Positions 14,282 through 24,030 of a stretch of DNA of 64,000 bases are shown here, piece by piece. Location of the stretch: assembly GCA_003599755.1 (NCBI GenBank), contig QZJO01000009.1, forward strand, positions 22,140 to 86,139, read 5' to 3'. This DNA is from Candidatus Parcubacteria bacterium (GTDB lineage: Bacteria > Patescibacteriota > Minisyncoccia > Sungbacterales > SURF-37). The position numbers and the translations under genes are program-made. Within the stretch, counting starts at the first letter, position 1. Every line of letters starts with the position of its first letter. Under the pieces are notes generated by a model, which worked only from the letters and a program-made list of their open reading frames with translations, was not told the DNA's origin and searched no databases.

Positions 14282-14847
14282 TGGCCGTTTTGCGCCAAAA
14301 GTTTTTCGATCACCGGTTCAACCTGCGCCTCGAGTTCAGCCACCGTGCCGTTGTTCTGAAATAGGTAGTCCGCCATCTTGATACAGGCGGCGATATTTTG
14401 CTGATATGGCTCGGGATTTTGCATTTCGCGCTCCTCGTCAGCCATAAATTTCTCGAACGATACGCGGTCGGTTTCGCTCTGGCGCGCCACGATGCGCTCG
14501 TAGCGGATCTTCGGATCGGCGTCCACGGCAAAAAGTATGAAATCTCCTTTGGCGCGCAGGGATTCCACTTCCGCGGTGGCGCGCAGGGATTCGATAATAG
14601 TATTCTTGCCGCTTGCTTTTGCCTGTTCGTAGAGCGCCTCGGCAATGTAGTTTGGCCCGTTTTTCATGCGCAGATCATTCGCCGTCGCGGTCATGATATC
14701 GCGATCCACATCCAACCCGCGGCGCTTGATCTCATCCACGATCAGATCGCGCGCGGAAAAATGCGCGAAGCCGTGCTCGCGGATAAGATAATCGACGATC
14801 GTTCCTTTTCCCGCGCCGAGCGTCCCGGTAATGCCGATGATACGCAT
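14278..14847 (-). CDS. P-loop nucleotide/nucleoside monophosphate kinase-like protein (AAA_18 or dephospho-CoA-kinase-like)
   Basis: N-terminal Walker A IGITGTLGAGKGT. Start placed at MRIIGITG. The substrate is unknown. Confidence 0.55.
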   Translation of the reverse strand: MRIIGITGTLGAGKGTIVDYLIREHGFAHFSARDLIVDEIKRRGLDVDRDIMTATANDLRMKNGPNYIAEALYEQAKASGKNTIIESLRATAEVESLRAKGDFILFAVDADPKIRYERIVARQSETDRVSFEKFMADEEREMQNPEPYQQNIAACIKMADYLFQNNGTVAELEAQVEPVIEKLLAQNGQ

Positions 14848-14976
14848 GCTCAAGATAGATAATTCAATCCGCATGCTAGCACGATTCGATCCCTTTGCCG
14901 ATACGCATACCGCTCGGGCATGCGCTGTGCAAAATCCGGGTGCCATTCCCCGAAACTCGCGTATACTGGGAAGGAC

Positions 14977-17061
14977 ATGCATACGCCCCCGGTATCCCGG
15001 CAGAGTACCGCAACGCTCGTGTGGTTGGGCATCGCGATCGTGCTATTTCTCGCTACCCCGCTCGCGGCAGCCGAAGCCCAAAACGGCACGATCGTGGGTA
15101 CGCTCGAGGAGCGGCTTCTTTCGTTAGCGTCGAGTTCCCGCCGGCACATTGACGCCCTTGCGGCGAACATTTCAACGAGTCTCAGCGGCATTCTCGGACA
15201 GCTTTCCGCCATCGCGCGCGACGGGAATCCTACGCAAATCACGGCGCTATCGAATGAGGTAAGCGCGCTCTACGCGCGCGCGTTCAGCGATGCGACTGCT
15301 ATTACAAAGGCGCAGCGGGAAATCGAACAAGCTGAATTGACGCGAAATCAAATCCAGGAACTCTCCGGCGCGAGCTTTGCGGTGATTCCCGCGGCCGAAC
15401 TCGACGCCATTGATACCGCGCTCGCGAAAGCGCGCACTGCATTCGACGCCACCAAATACAACGACGCGATCGATGCCGCCCAAAAGGCGCAGAAACTCGG
15501 CGATGCGCTGATTGCCGATTATTTCCCCGCCTCCGCCGGCGGCACGGGAACCGTGCTCATCAAGCGCGTCGGCGCCGATGACACGGTCAAGACCGCTCCG
15601 GCCGGCACCGCGGGCTGGATCGGTTCGCTCGCCGCAAATGCCGACAACTCTGCCAAATTGAAAGATACGGCAACGGGTGCGCACATCGCATTCGCAACCG
15701 ATGCCAAAGAGTACGTCGAGCGCGCCGGTATCTGCACGTTCCGTTCCAATTCCAAGGAATGCAGGATCTCGGTCTTTCCGATCACGCCAAGCTGCGACGG
15801 CGCCGCCTGCAGCGTTCCCATCCAAGTGAAAAAGGATGAAACCACCAAAGTAGTGTTCAAATATTTTGCCGCGAATAGTATCCCTCCGCCACCACCGCCT
15901 GCGCCGGCCCCGACACCAGCGCCTTTGCCGCCGCCACCCGCACCGGCGCCATCCCCTACGCCACCGCCTCCGCCATCGCCAACTCCCATTCCCGCGCCGC
16001 CGCCTCCGCCCCCTCCATCCGACGCATCGCTCGAGGGCTTCGGAGCAAAAACGCCGGGCGGATCGCTCGGTACCACAATCCGCGTCACGAATCTCAATGA
16101 CGCGGGCCCGGGCAGCTTGCGCCAGGCCCTTCTGCAAGGCAATCGCACGATCGTATTCGACGTCGGCGGCACCATAACGCTCCAGAGCGATATCGTGATC
16201 AAAGAGCCGTTTATGACCATCGACGGACGCAGCGCGCCGATGCCGGGCATCACGCTCAGCGGGGCCGGGCTCATCATCCATGGCACGCCGCGCTATTACG
16301 CCGGCTCCAACGCGCATGACGTCATCATCCGCAACATTCGCATCCGCGATGCGGTAGCTGACGGCATCCAGATCGCGTGGGGCGCGTATAACGTCGTGGT
16401 TGATCACGTATCGGTGAGCAATGCGGGCGACGGCGATATCGATATCACGCACGGCGCGCACGACGTTACGGTGCAGTGGAGCGTACTACGCGACACGTCG
16501 AAAATCATGCTCGTCAAAACACAGACGGCCGAAGCTCCGGGCGAGACAAGCCGCGTCACGCTCCATCACAATGCCTTTCTCACCAGCGAAGACCGCAATC
16601 CGCGGGTCAGCAATCTCGCAAACGGATCAACCAGAGCAGCGACCATCACGGCCGACGTGCGCAATAACCTCATCTGGCAATGGGGCGGCGGCCTGGGCAC
16701 GGACGTGGAATGCGGCGCCAAAGCGAATATCGTTAATAATTTTTACTCCTCGCCCTCCAGTTCGCTCGGCAATAAGCAGCAGGCGCTCGTCATCCGCGCG
16801 GACAGCGACCCGGTAACGCGATGCGCGTTCGGAGGGCCGTCGTACGTGAATGGGAACTTCAGCGGAGACAAGTTGAGTATTGATATCAACACCGGGCCCT
16901 GGGTATTGAACCGTGTTGCGACACCATACCCGGCAGACCCCGTCGCCACCACCGATGCCTGCACCGCCGCTCGCGCGATTGTAAACGCCGGGGGTGCGCA
17001 GCCACGGGATGCCGATGATCGAAGCCATTTCAATCAGATCTCGCTCGCGGCGTGCCCGTAA
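14977..17061 (+). CDS. Secreted pectate-lyase-like (PL1-type) right-handed beta-helix protein with a proline-rich linker
   Basis: N-terminal signal/TM, a ~60-aa poly-Pro/Ala/Thr linker, then PL1-like motifs (NVVVDHVSVSNAGDGDIDIT...VTLHHNAF...RNPRV). GGAAGGA RBS precedes ATG 14977. Confidence 0.7.
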   Translation: MHTPPVSRQSTATLVWLGIAIVLFLATPLAAAEAQNGTIVGTLEERLLSLASSSRRHIDALAANISTSLSGILGQLSAIARDGNPTQITALSNEVSALYARAFSDATAITKAQREIEQAELTRNQIQELSGASFAVIPAAELDAIDTALAKARTAFDATKYNDAIDAAQKAQKLGDALIADYFPASAGGTGTVLIKRVGADDTVKTAPAGTAGWIGSLAANADNSAKLKDTATGAHIAFATDAKEYVERAGICTFRSNSKECRISVFPITPSCDGAACSVPIQVKKDETTKVVFKYFAANSIPPPPPPAPAPTPAPLPPPPAPAPSPTPPPPPSPTPIPAPPPPPPPSDASLEGFGAKTPGGSLGTTIRVTNLNDAGPGSLRQALLQGNRTIVFDVGGTITLQSDIVIKEPFMTIDGRSAPMPGITLSGAGLIIHGTPRYYAGSNAHDVIIRNIRIRDAVADGIQIAWGAYNVVVDHVSVSNAGDGDIDITHGAHDVTVQWSVLRDTSKIMLVKTQTAEAPGETSRVTLHHNAFLTSEDRNPRVSNLANGSTRAATITADVRNNLIWQWGGGLGTDVECGAKANIVNNFYSSPSSSLGNKQQALVIRADSDPVTRCAFGGPSYVNGNFSGDKLSIDINTGPWVLNRVATPYPADPVATTDACTAARAIVNAGGAQPRDADDRSHFNQISLAACP

Positions 17062-17083
17062 ATAGCTTCTTGGATGAATAGAA

Positions 17084-17114
17084 CCCCGCCGGCTAAAAGG
17101 CCGGCGGGGTTGTT
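17084..17114 (+). terminator. Rho-independent terminator of the pectate-lyase-like gene
   Basis: CCCCGCCGGC-TAAAAG-GCCGGCGGGG followed by TTGTT. Confidence 0.6.
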
Positions 17115-17160
17115 ATATATGCAACACGTAAAAACTCGGAGCGTTTTTTTGAATTGAAGA

Positions 17161-17184
17161 CACCCGGCCGCTTAGCCGGGTGCC
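17161..17184 (-). terminator. Hairpin downstream of the minus-strand ORF 17203-17397
   Basis: CACCCGGC-CGCTTAGC-CGGGTG. Confidence 0.4.
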
Positions 17185-17202
17185 ATTACATCTTGCTCTT
17201 CC

Positions 17203-17397
17203 CTACTTGGGCAGCATCCCCTTCCATTGAAGGATGAGAGGGATGGCGAGGATGGAAATTGCGCCCAAGTAGGCAAGCGTACCTACAATCCGCTCAGGCC
17301 AGGTCGATGCCGGTATGGAGTCGTCCTGATCATCCATTACGCTTTCTCCCTTCATCCGCCGAACGGCGGCCAGTAGCGAACGCTCTGCCACGCCCAA
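17203..17397 (-). CDS. Small hypothetical membrane protein (64 aa)
   Basis: ORF with a C-terminal TM helix (IVGTLAYLGAISILAIPLIL) and a hairpin downstream. Weak call. Confidence 0.3.
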   Translation of the reverse strand: MGVAERSLLAAVRRMKGESVMDDQDDSIPASTWPERIVGTLAYLGAISILAIPLILQWKGMLPK

Positions 17398-17531
17398 AGA
17401 ACGGCAACGGTAATACCAAAGAGCTCAAATATACGACGGCTTGCGAATACTCCGCATATAGAAAAAAGGAAGGGTACCATGGATTTTGCCAGAATGCGCC
17501 GCCCACAAGGGGCGGCGCAAGTTCTATCATA

Positions 17532-17605
17532 CGCTCCCAAAGGGATTCGAACCCTTGATCTTCTGGCTGAGAACCAGATGTCCTAGGCCTCTAGACGATG
17601 GGAGC
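17532..17605 (-). tRNA. tRNA-Glu (anticodon CUC)
   Basis: Reverse complement GCTCCCATCGTCTAGAGGCCTAGGACATCTGGTTCTCAGCCAGAAGATCAAGGGTTCGAATCCCTTTGGGAGCG folds as a 74-nt cloverleaf with anticodon loop TTCTCAG. Confidence 0.85.
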
Positions 17606-17663
17606 ACACCCGCATTGATATACCACGCAATCGCCATCAAAGGTAGTGCCTGAGTCGCGGGAC

Positions 17664-17891
17664 TCAGGCACGGGACGCCACCTGGAGGGCTCGAGCCATG
17701 CGGCTCAGCGTCGGCGAATAATGCCCGCCGTTGGCATGGCACATCTCCGGCAACGGCTCCTGATGGATACGGAGGATCTTGGGCGCCCGGCAGAAACACC
17801 AGCCGGACTTGTCGGCGTTGTTCTTGCGGCACGTGCAGTGGCCAGCGTCACTCCAGTCGGTTTCGTGGCCGCATGCGACGCAAATGCCCAT
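17664..17891 (-). CDS. Small Cys-rich protein (75 aa), hypothetical, possibly zinc-binding
   Basis: Strong RBS (AAGGAGG plus 6 nt plus ATG). Sequence MGICVACGHETDWSDAGHCTCRKNNADKSGWCFC contains 9 Cys and 3 His. Confidence 0.5.
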   Translation of the reverse strand: MGICVACGHETDWSDAGHCTCRKNNADKSGWCFCRAPKILRIHQEPLPEMCHANGGHYSPTLSRMARALQVASRA

Positions 17892-17928
17892 CCAGCACCT
17901 CCTTGTGCTTCTGCCTAAAGCGTACTCC

Positions 17929-19236
17929 CTAGCGGCGTTTCTTCCAATCCCCATCCTGTCGCACCAGGAGCCGCCGCGCTTTTTCCGGCTCGGCCATCAC
18001 TTCCTCGGTCACCCGCTCCATGCGCATGCCCTGCGAGCCCTTTACAAGCACCGCGTCGCCGGGCCGCAGCACGCGCTCCAGTTCTTTGCCCGCGGACTGC
18101 GAATTCGAAAACCACTGCATTTGGGCGCGCACCATGCGCCGCCGATTCTCCGGCCCCGGCTGCATGGCCTCATCCATGGCGAACTTCATGCGCTCCCCTA
18201 CGGCAATGAAATAATCGCACACCTCGGCCACCTCTTCGCCGATGGTCCGATGCGCCATTTCCGTGAAGCGCCCAAGCTCCAACATGTCGCCGAGCACCGC
18301 AATGCGCCGCTTCGCGGGAAATTCCGCGAGCACGTCCAGCGCCGCCAGGGTCGAGATCGGCGAGGCGTTGTACGTGTCGTCCAAAATCCAGGCGCTGCGG
18401 TGCGCGGGAATAAGCTTGAGCCGGCCGGGCGGCGCCTCGTATGCCAAAAGGCCATCGGCAATTTCCTCGAATGAAAGATCGAGCGCGCGCCCCACGGCCG
18501 CGGCCGCCGCGGCCGCATAGGCCTGGTGCTTACCGAAGGTATTGGCAAGCCGTACGGCCACCGTGTCCGACCCCGCGCGGAGCTTGAACCATATGCCATC
18601 CAGCCGCATCGCCTCGCCCACGCCCGATGCGCGCAATTCGTAGTGCGTGATGCGGATATCCGCGCCGGGCGCGAAGCCGTAGGTCACTACTTCGGCATGC
18701 GTTTTATCCTCGCCGCTGGCGACCGTCTCGTCGTCGCGGTTCAGGATCGCCGTGCCGTTTTCAGGCAGAACTTGAATGAGTTTGAGTTTCTCGCGGCGGA
18801 GCTCCTCGGCATTGGCGAAATATTCCACATGCACGGGGATATCGCCGATCGTCGTGACAATGCCGATATTCGGACGCGCAAGGCCGATCAAAAAATCCAT
18901 GTCGCCCCGTTTCTGAATGCCGTATTCGAGCACCAAGACATCGGGATACTCCTTGGCGAACCAGAGGCGCCACGCCGCGCCCGCGATCGCGCCCGCCCAG
19001 GCAAACGCGTTTTTGCCCTGGTGCTGCATGCCAAGGATGGTCAGCGGCACGCCGATTTCGGTATTGAAACTTTTTTCGCTCTTGCGCACCCGAAAATGCG
19101 GCTTCAACACGGCCCAGATCGCTTCCTTCGTGGAAGTTTTGCCGGCCGAGCCGGTCACGGCAATGACATACGGCCGGCGGCGGCGGACCGTCGCGCGGGC
19201 TAATGATGCCAATATGAGTTCCAGCAAGCGGCGCAT
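17929..19236 (-). CDS. murF: UDP-N-acetylmuramoyl-tripeptide--D-alanyl-D-alanine ligase
   Basis: Mur ligase P-loop (VTGSAGKTSTKE) and full-length MurF-like organisation. Confidence 0.85.
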   Translation of the reverse strand: MRRLLELILASLARATVRRRRPYVIAVTGSAGKTSTKEAIWAVLKPHFRVRKSEKSFNTEIGVPLTILGMQHQGKNAFAWAGAIAGAAWRLWFAKEYPDVLVLEYGIQKRGDMDFLIGLARPNIGIVTTIGDIPVHVEYFANAEELRREKLKLIQVLPENGTAILNRDDETVASGEDKTHAEVVTYGFAPGADIRITHYELRASGVGEAMRLDGIWFKLRAGSDTVAVRLANTFGKHQAYAAAAAAAVGRALDLSFEEIADGLLAYEAPPGRLKLIPAHRSAWILDDTYNASPISTLAALDVLAEFPAKRRIAVLGDMLELGRFTEMAHRTIGEEVAEVCDYFIAVGERMKFAMDEAMQPGPENRRRMVRAQMQWFSNSQSAGKELERVLRPGDAVLVKGSQGMRMERVTEEVMAEPEKARRLLVRQDGDWKKRR

Positions 19237-19238
19237 GA

Positions 19239-20114
19239 TCAGTGCTTGAGCATCCGGTTGAGCGCCGTGCGCAGTTCCGGCCGCTTTTTGGCGAACGCGA
19301 TATTGGCCGCAAGATAGCCGATCTTGCTGCCGCAGTCATACCAGGCGCCCGCAAGCTCGACGCCGCAAACGGGCTGATCCCGAACGTACCGCGCGAGGCC
19401 ATCGGTGATGCCGAGCTCCCGGTCTTTCCCGAGCGTGCGCTCGGCCATATACAGCGCGACCAGCACGCCGGGCGTCAGCACGTAGCGGCCGACCACGGCC
19501 AACGGCTCGCGAATCGCGGCGGTATTCTTCGGCTTCTCGATAATCCGTTCTACGTTCCATGCCCTACCCTCCTTGCGCGAACCCGCGATCGTCCCATACC
19601 GCGATAAATCCGCCCGCGGCACGCGCGCGAGGGCCATGGTCGGCGCGCCGCGCTTTTGGAAGACCGCGATAACCTGGGCGAGCGCCGGCCGCGGCGCATC
19701 GATCAAATCGTCGCCGAACAACACGGCAAACGGCTCGTCCGGGCCGATCAGGTGCGCGGCGCGCAAGATCGCGTCGCCGTTGCCTCGCGGCATGGGTTGG
19801 CGCACATAGACGAACCGCGCAAGTTTCGGCAGGTGCTCGACCAGCTTCAACAGATCGCGTTTGTCGCGCTCGACCAGCGTCCGTTCCAATTCATACGACG
19901 CATCGAAATGATCTTCGATCGCCCGTTTCCCGCGCCCGGTCACAAAAATGATATCCGTGATGCCCGAGGCGACGGCCTCCTCAACCAAATATTGAATCAC
20001 CGGCTTGTCCACGACCGGCAGCATCTCCTTGGGCATGGCTTTGGTCACCGGTAAAAAACGGGTGCCATACCCGGCAACGGGAATAATCGCCTTGCGAACA
20101 GGTCTCATGGACAT
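19239..20114 (-). CDS. galU: UTP--glucose-1-phosphate uridylyltransferase
   Basis: N-terminal AIIPVAGYGTRFLPVTKAMPKEMLPVVDKP signature of GalU. Confidence 0.85.
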   Translation of the reverse strand: MSMRPVRKAIIPVAGYGTRFLPVTKAMPKEMLPVVDKPVIQYLVEEAVASGITDIIFVTGRGKRAIEDHFDASYELERTLVERDKRDLLKLVEHLPKLARFVYVRQPMPRGNGDAILRAAHLIGPDEPFAVLFGDDLIDAPRPALAQVIAVFQKRGAPTMALARVPRADLSRYGTIAGSRKEGRAWNVERIIEKPKNTAAIREPLAVVGRYVLTPGVLVALYMAERTLGKDRELGITDGLARYVRDQPVCGVELAGAWYDCGSKIGYLAANIAFAKKRPELRTALNRMLKH

Positions 20115-20132
20115 AGCGGCTCCCTGGGCCGA

Positions 20133-21866
20133 TCAGCGCGCGCCGGGCGCGTCCGGCGGCACGTCATAATACGCGAGGATGAATTCGGCCAAGTTATGGA
20201 ACGCGGGCGTCAGCGTGTTGGAGGCGAAGATATTGCCTTGGGGGCGCACGAGTTGGAAGAACGCCAAAAACCTCGGGTCGCTTGCCGGCGCGAAGCCGAC
20301 GAACGAATGGATATATTCCTCGGAATACCCGCGGCCCGAAGGCAGGGGGATCTGCGCCGTGCCGGTTTTGCCGGCCACGCGGTAGCCATCGACTTCGGCC
20401 TTGCTCTCGAAGCTATGTTCGACGGTCGCCACGAGGATATCGGTAATCGCATCGGCCGCCGTGGGCTCGATCGCCCGTCCCAGTGCTACGGGCTCGCGCA
20501 CCTCCTCGTTTCCGGCCGAATCAATGATGCGCTCCACGATATACGGCTTCATTCGTACCCCATCATTGGCGATGGCGCCAATCGCGGACGCGATCTGCAG
20601 CGGCGTGACCGCGATGCCTTGCCCGAATGCCGCGGTCGCGTAATCGATGTCCCGGCCCGCGTCGAGATTCGCGATATTGCCGGCGACCTCGTTCGGAAAA
20701 TCCACGCCGGTCGCGGTCCCGAAGCCGAAGCGCCGCAAATAATCCTTGAAGCGCTCTTGGCCGAGTTTCTGCTGGGCAAACACCGCGCCGACGTTCAACG
20801 ACTTCTCGATCACTTGGCTCATGGTCTGCACGCCGTAGGCCCGACCGTCGAAATTGCGGATCGTATGCGTGCCGAATTTTACCGCGCCGGTATCTTCATA
20901 GGTGGTCTTCGGCGTCACCGCGCCCGCGTCGAGTGCCGCGGCCATGGTAATCGGTTTCAATACCGAACCGAGCTCGTACTGCGCGTCCACGATCGGCAGG
21001 CGGAATCGCTGGTAATCGGTCACGCGCGAATATTCATTAGGATTGAACGAAGGCGCGGCTGCGGCGGCCAGGATCCGGCCGGTCTTGGGTTCGATCACCA
21101 GCGCCAGGCCCTGCTCGGCCTGCCATCGCTCCATGAGCGCGGCAAGTTCCGCCTCGGCCTTATACTGGATGTTTGAATCGATCGTGAGCACGAGCGAGTC
21201 GCCGTCTACCGGCGGATTCAGAATCCGCCGGCCAAGCGCGACCCAATACCCCTTCGCGTCTTTCTCGCCCTCGAATAATCCGCGCGCACCCTTGAGCACG
21301 CCGTCGTATTCGCGTTCCAGTCCGTATTCGCCCTGCTCCTCGTTTTCGCGGTAACTTATAAAGCCCAAGAGATTCGCCCCGAGCGCCTCTTGCGGATAGC
21401 TCCGCCGCGCCTCCTCCACGAGCGAGACGCCGGGCATCCCGAGCGCGCGAATGCGCTCGGCCGCGGCCTCATCAATGCGCCGCGCGATAATCTCATAGGG
21501 ATCGTCCTCCTTCGCGAGCTTGGCCGTAATTTCGGCCCGTTTGATGCCGAGAATTTCGGCCAGCTTCTCGCTTGCGTACGGTGCGTCCGCGATATTTTTG
21601 GGCACCGCAACCACGGTGTAGGCGCGCTGCTGAACCGCGAGCGGATGCTGCTGGCCGGACTTATCCTGGGCGTAAATCGCGCCGCGGCGCGACGGCAGGA
21701 TTTCGATCAGCTGGTGCTGCCGATCGGCGGCGAGCGCGAACTGGCGATGATCGATGATGGATAAGGAAAAAACCCGCGCCACGAGCGCGGCCAACAGCAC
21801 GAGAAAGAATACGGCTAGGATCGCCAGCCGCCAGTGGAATGTCTGATGGGATCGAAGGGCAGCCAC
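20133..21866 (-). CDS. ftsI: Peptidoglycan D,D-transpeptidase (PBP2/FtsI class)
   Basis: N-terminal TM anchor, a dimerisation domain and a transpeptidase domain (SxxK, SxN, KTG context) in the cell-wall cluster position. Confidence 0.85.
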   Translation of the reverse strand: MAALRSHQTFHWRLAILAVFFLVLLAALVARVFSLSIIDHRQFALAADRQHQLIEILPSRRGAIYAQDKSGQQHPLAVQQRAYTVVAVPKNIADAPYASEKLAEILGIKRAEITAKLAKEDDPYEIIARRIDEAAAERIRALGMPGVSLVEEARRSYPQEALGANLLGFISYRENEEQGEYGLEREYDGVLKGARGLFEGEKDAKGYWVALGRRILNPPVDGDSLVLTIDSNIQYKAEAELAALMERWQAEQGLALVIEPKTGRILAAAAAPSFNPNEYSRVTDYQRFRLPIVDAQYELGSVLKPITMAAALDAGAVTPKTTYEDTGAVKFGTHTIRNFDGRAYGVQTMSQVIEKSLNVGAVFAQQKLGQERFKDYLRRFGFGTATGVDFPNEVAGNIANLDAGRDIDYATAAFGQGIAVTPLQIASAIGAIANDGVRMKPYIVERIIDSAGNEEVREPVALGRAIEPTAADAITDILVATVEHSFESKAEVDGYRVAGKTGTAQIPLPSGRGYSEEYIHSFVGFAPASDPRFLAFFQLVRPQGNIFASNTLTPAFHNLAEFILAYYDVPPDAPGAR

Positions 21867-21891
21867 GCTCGGAACATTTCGGGAAAAATTA

Positions 21892-22281
21892 CTAGCGCGT
21901 CAGGGCGACGGAGTGCTCGCCGCTCAAATAGCGGATGTGATCCACGCCGACCATGCCGTGCGCGCGGGCGGCGGCCTCGAGCCGCGCGGGTGCGCGCTGG
22001 CGGGCGATCTCGGCCTCCAGCATGTCGCGGTCTTGCTCGAGCGCTTCGAGCGTTCGGCGCGCCTCCAATACCGCTTCGCCGGAAAACATCATTGCCTGGA
22101 CCACGGCTACATAGATTACCACGGACGCGGCGATAACCCCCAATGCGCCCGCGCTTGTCCAAAAACGCGCTTCGGGGCGGAACAAAAAGCGCGGCATCCC
22201 GAGCGCGGGCACGGTGAGTGCGCGCACGGCAGCCGGTGCGGCGGAACGGCGAAGGATATAGGTAGAAAAGAAATGGCTCAT
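21892..22281 (-). CDS. ftsL: Cell division protein FtsL-like
   Basis: Small bitopic protein with a TM helix and coiled coil, located between rsmH and ftsI. An alternative start lies at 22197. Confidence 0.55.
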   Translation of the reverse strand: MSHFFSTYILRRSAAPAAVRALTVPALGMPRFLFRPEARFWTSAGALGVIAASVVIYVAVVQAMMFSGEAVLEARRTLEALEQDRDMLEAEIARQRAPARLEAAARAHGMVGVDHIRYLSGEHSVALTR

Positions 22282-23258
22282 GAAATTTTTTCGATAGCGC
22301 GGAGCATTGCGGATCGGGCGCGCGGATTCGCTCGGACTTCATCCGCGCCCGGCCGGATGGGTTTTTTGGTGAGCAATCGGGCTTCGCCGCGCGCGGCCCA
22401 GTCGCGGAACCGCCGCTTCACGATGCCGTCCTCGCCCGAGTGGAAGGCGATCACGGCGATGCGGCCGCGCGGCGCGAGCGCCGCGAATGCGGCGGCCAGT
22501 CCTGCTTCGATATTCTCAAACTCCCGATTCACCGCGATCCGCAGCGCCTGGAATGCGCGCGTCGCCGGATGAATCTTCCCGCGGCGGAATCGAGCGGGTA
22601 TGCCCGCGGCGATCGCATCCAGAAAATCGCCTACCGTGCGAATCGGCCGCCGGCCCCGCGTTGCGACCACCGCGGCGGCGATGCGATCGGCGAACCGCTC
22701 TTGGCCGTAGTCGCGGAATATCGCCGCGAGCTCGTCGTGCGTCCGCGCGTTGAGTATGTCGGCGCCGGTTTCTCGGAGATCGCGGGAAAATCGCATGTCG
22801 AGTTCTTCAGCGTGATTTTGGAAACTGAATCCGCGCTTGGACCGCTCGAGGTGGAACGAACTCAGGCCGAGATCGAACAGGACTCCGTCCACCGGACCGA
22901 ACCCGAGCGATCGGACGAGGTTTTCGATCTGGACGTAGCTCGTCCGTTGCAAGACGCAAGCGTTGTTGCCGCGAGGCCATGTGCGCGCGATGCGTTCCTC
23001 GAGATTTGTGAAGAGCGTCTCGTCCCATTCGATTGCGAGCACCCGGCCGGTCGGACCGATGGCGTTCGCGATGTCGATCGTATGTCCGCCGCCGTCGGCC
23101 GTCGCATCGATGTAGCGGCCGCCGGGCCGGATTCCTAAATATTCGAGCGCTTCGTGGCGGAATACCGGCTCGTGCACTTGCCCTGAGCGGGGCGAAGGGC
23201 CGTGCGCGCCGTCCGAAGCGCTAGGCGCCGAGTTCTCCGAGGCGTTCGGCGATCTCAT
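22278..23258 (-). CDS. rsmH: 16S rRNA (cytosine1402-N4)-methyltransferase
   Basis: RsmH/MraW motifs (IDATADGGGHT, PVDGVLFDLGLSS). The start is either ATG 23258, overlapping mraZ by 38 nt, or GTG 23177. Confidence 0.8.
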   Translation of the reverse strand: MRSPNASENSAPSASDGAHGPSPRSGQVHEPVFRHEALEYLGIRPGGRYIDATADGGGHTIDIANAIGPTGRVLAIEWDETLFTNLEERIARTWPRGNNACVLQRTSYVQIENLVRSLGFGPVDGVLFDLGLSSFHLERSKRGFSFQNHAEELDMRFSRDLRETGADILNARTHDELAAIFRDYGQERFADRIAAAVVATRGRRPIRTVGDFLDAIAAGIPARFRRGKIHPATRAFQALRIAVNREFENIEAGLAAAFAALAPRGRIAVIAFHSGEDGIVKRRFRDWAARGEARLLTKKPIRPGADEVRANPRARSAMLRAIEKIS

Positions 23259-23652
23259 CGGTCTTTTGTTCGACGCGGCCTCGGTATTCGCGCCACTTGG
23301 CCTCGTCCCAGATCTCCGCGCGGCTATGGAGGCCGATAACGACCGCGCGATCGGTAATGCCGGCAAACGTCCGCAGGCCTTCGGGAATGAGGATCCGTCC
23401 CTGGCTGTCGATGTCGGCGTGCGATGCTCCCGAGAGTAACATTCGGGCGAATGCCCGCGAATCGGCCTGGTTCATGGGGAGGTGCGATAGCTTATCGGCG
23501 AGCTTCGCCCATTCGTCGAGGGGGTACATATATAAACACTGATCGAGCCCCCGCGTGACCACGACGCCGCCGGCAAGCGTCTTGCGGAATTTTGCCGGCA
23601 CCGCGAGCCGTCCCTTGTCGTCTATCGAATGTTCGTATTCGCCGAGCAGCAT
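23221..23652 (-). CDS. mraZ: Transcriptional regulator MraZ
   Basis: 143 aa with duplicated MraZ domains (DDKGRLAVPAKFR ... DSQGRILIPEGLR). Confidence 0.85.
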   Translation of the reverse strand: MLLGEYEHSIDDKGRLAVPAKFRKTLAGGVVVTRGLDQCLYMYPLDEWAKLADKLSHLPMNQADSRAFARMLLSGASHADIDSQGRILIPEGLRTFAGITDRAVVIGLHSRAEIWDEAKWREYRGRVEQKTDEIAERLGELGA

Positions 23653-23783
23653 GGTCGCCGCAATATCCGTTTAATCGAATGATTCGATACGACGCGCGAA
23701 CGACCGAGAATCCGGGAAAACCGCTCACCACGCCCTGCGCGATTGCAGGGCATGGCGACCAGTTATGCACATAAGGGGTTACT

Positions 23784-23812
23784 TATCCCCAAAGTTATCC
23801 ACAATTCCCCAC
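23784..23812 (-). promoter_or_regulatory. Putative MraZ operator: three direct repeats in the mraZ promoter region
   Basis: On the mraZ strand the region reads GTGGGGAAT TGTGGATAA CTTTGGGGATAA. These are three GTGGG-like boxes at ~10-bp spacing, the known MraZ-box architecture, inside an AT-rich intergenic region. Confidence 0.45.
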
Positions 23813-24030
23813 TACTGCTCCATTCTATACCACCGACGTTTCACCAATCAAATATTTACAGCAAATATGCGGCCAACTTCGATTGCCCGCTGTTTCTCTT
23901 GATTTTTTGCCGTTTTGATTTCCGGTATTCACACCTTATACACTGATATGCCATTTCACCGGGGAATCGCTGCGGCGGAAAAACGCAAAACAGCCCGCCG
24001 AAGGCGAGCTGCTTTGCGATGGTTGCGCGG

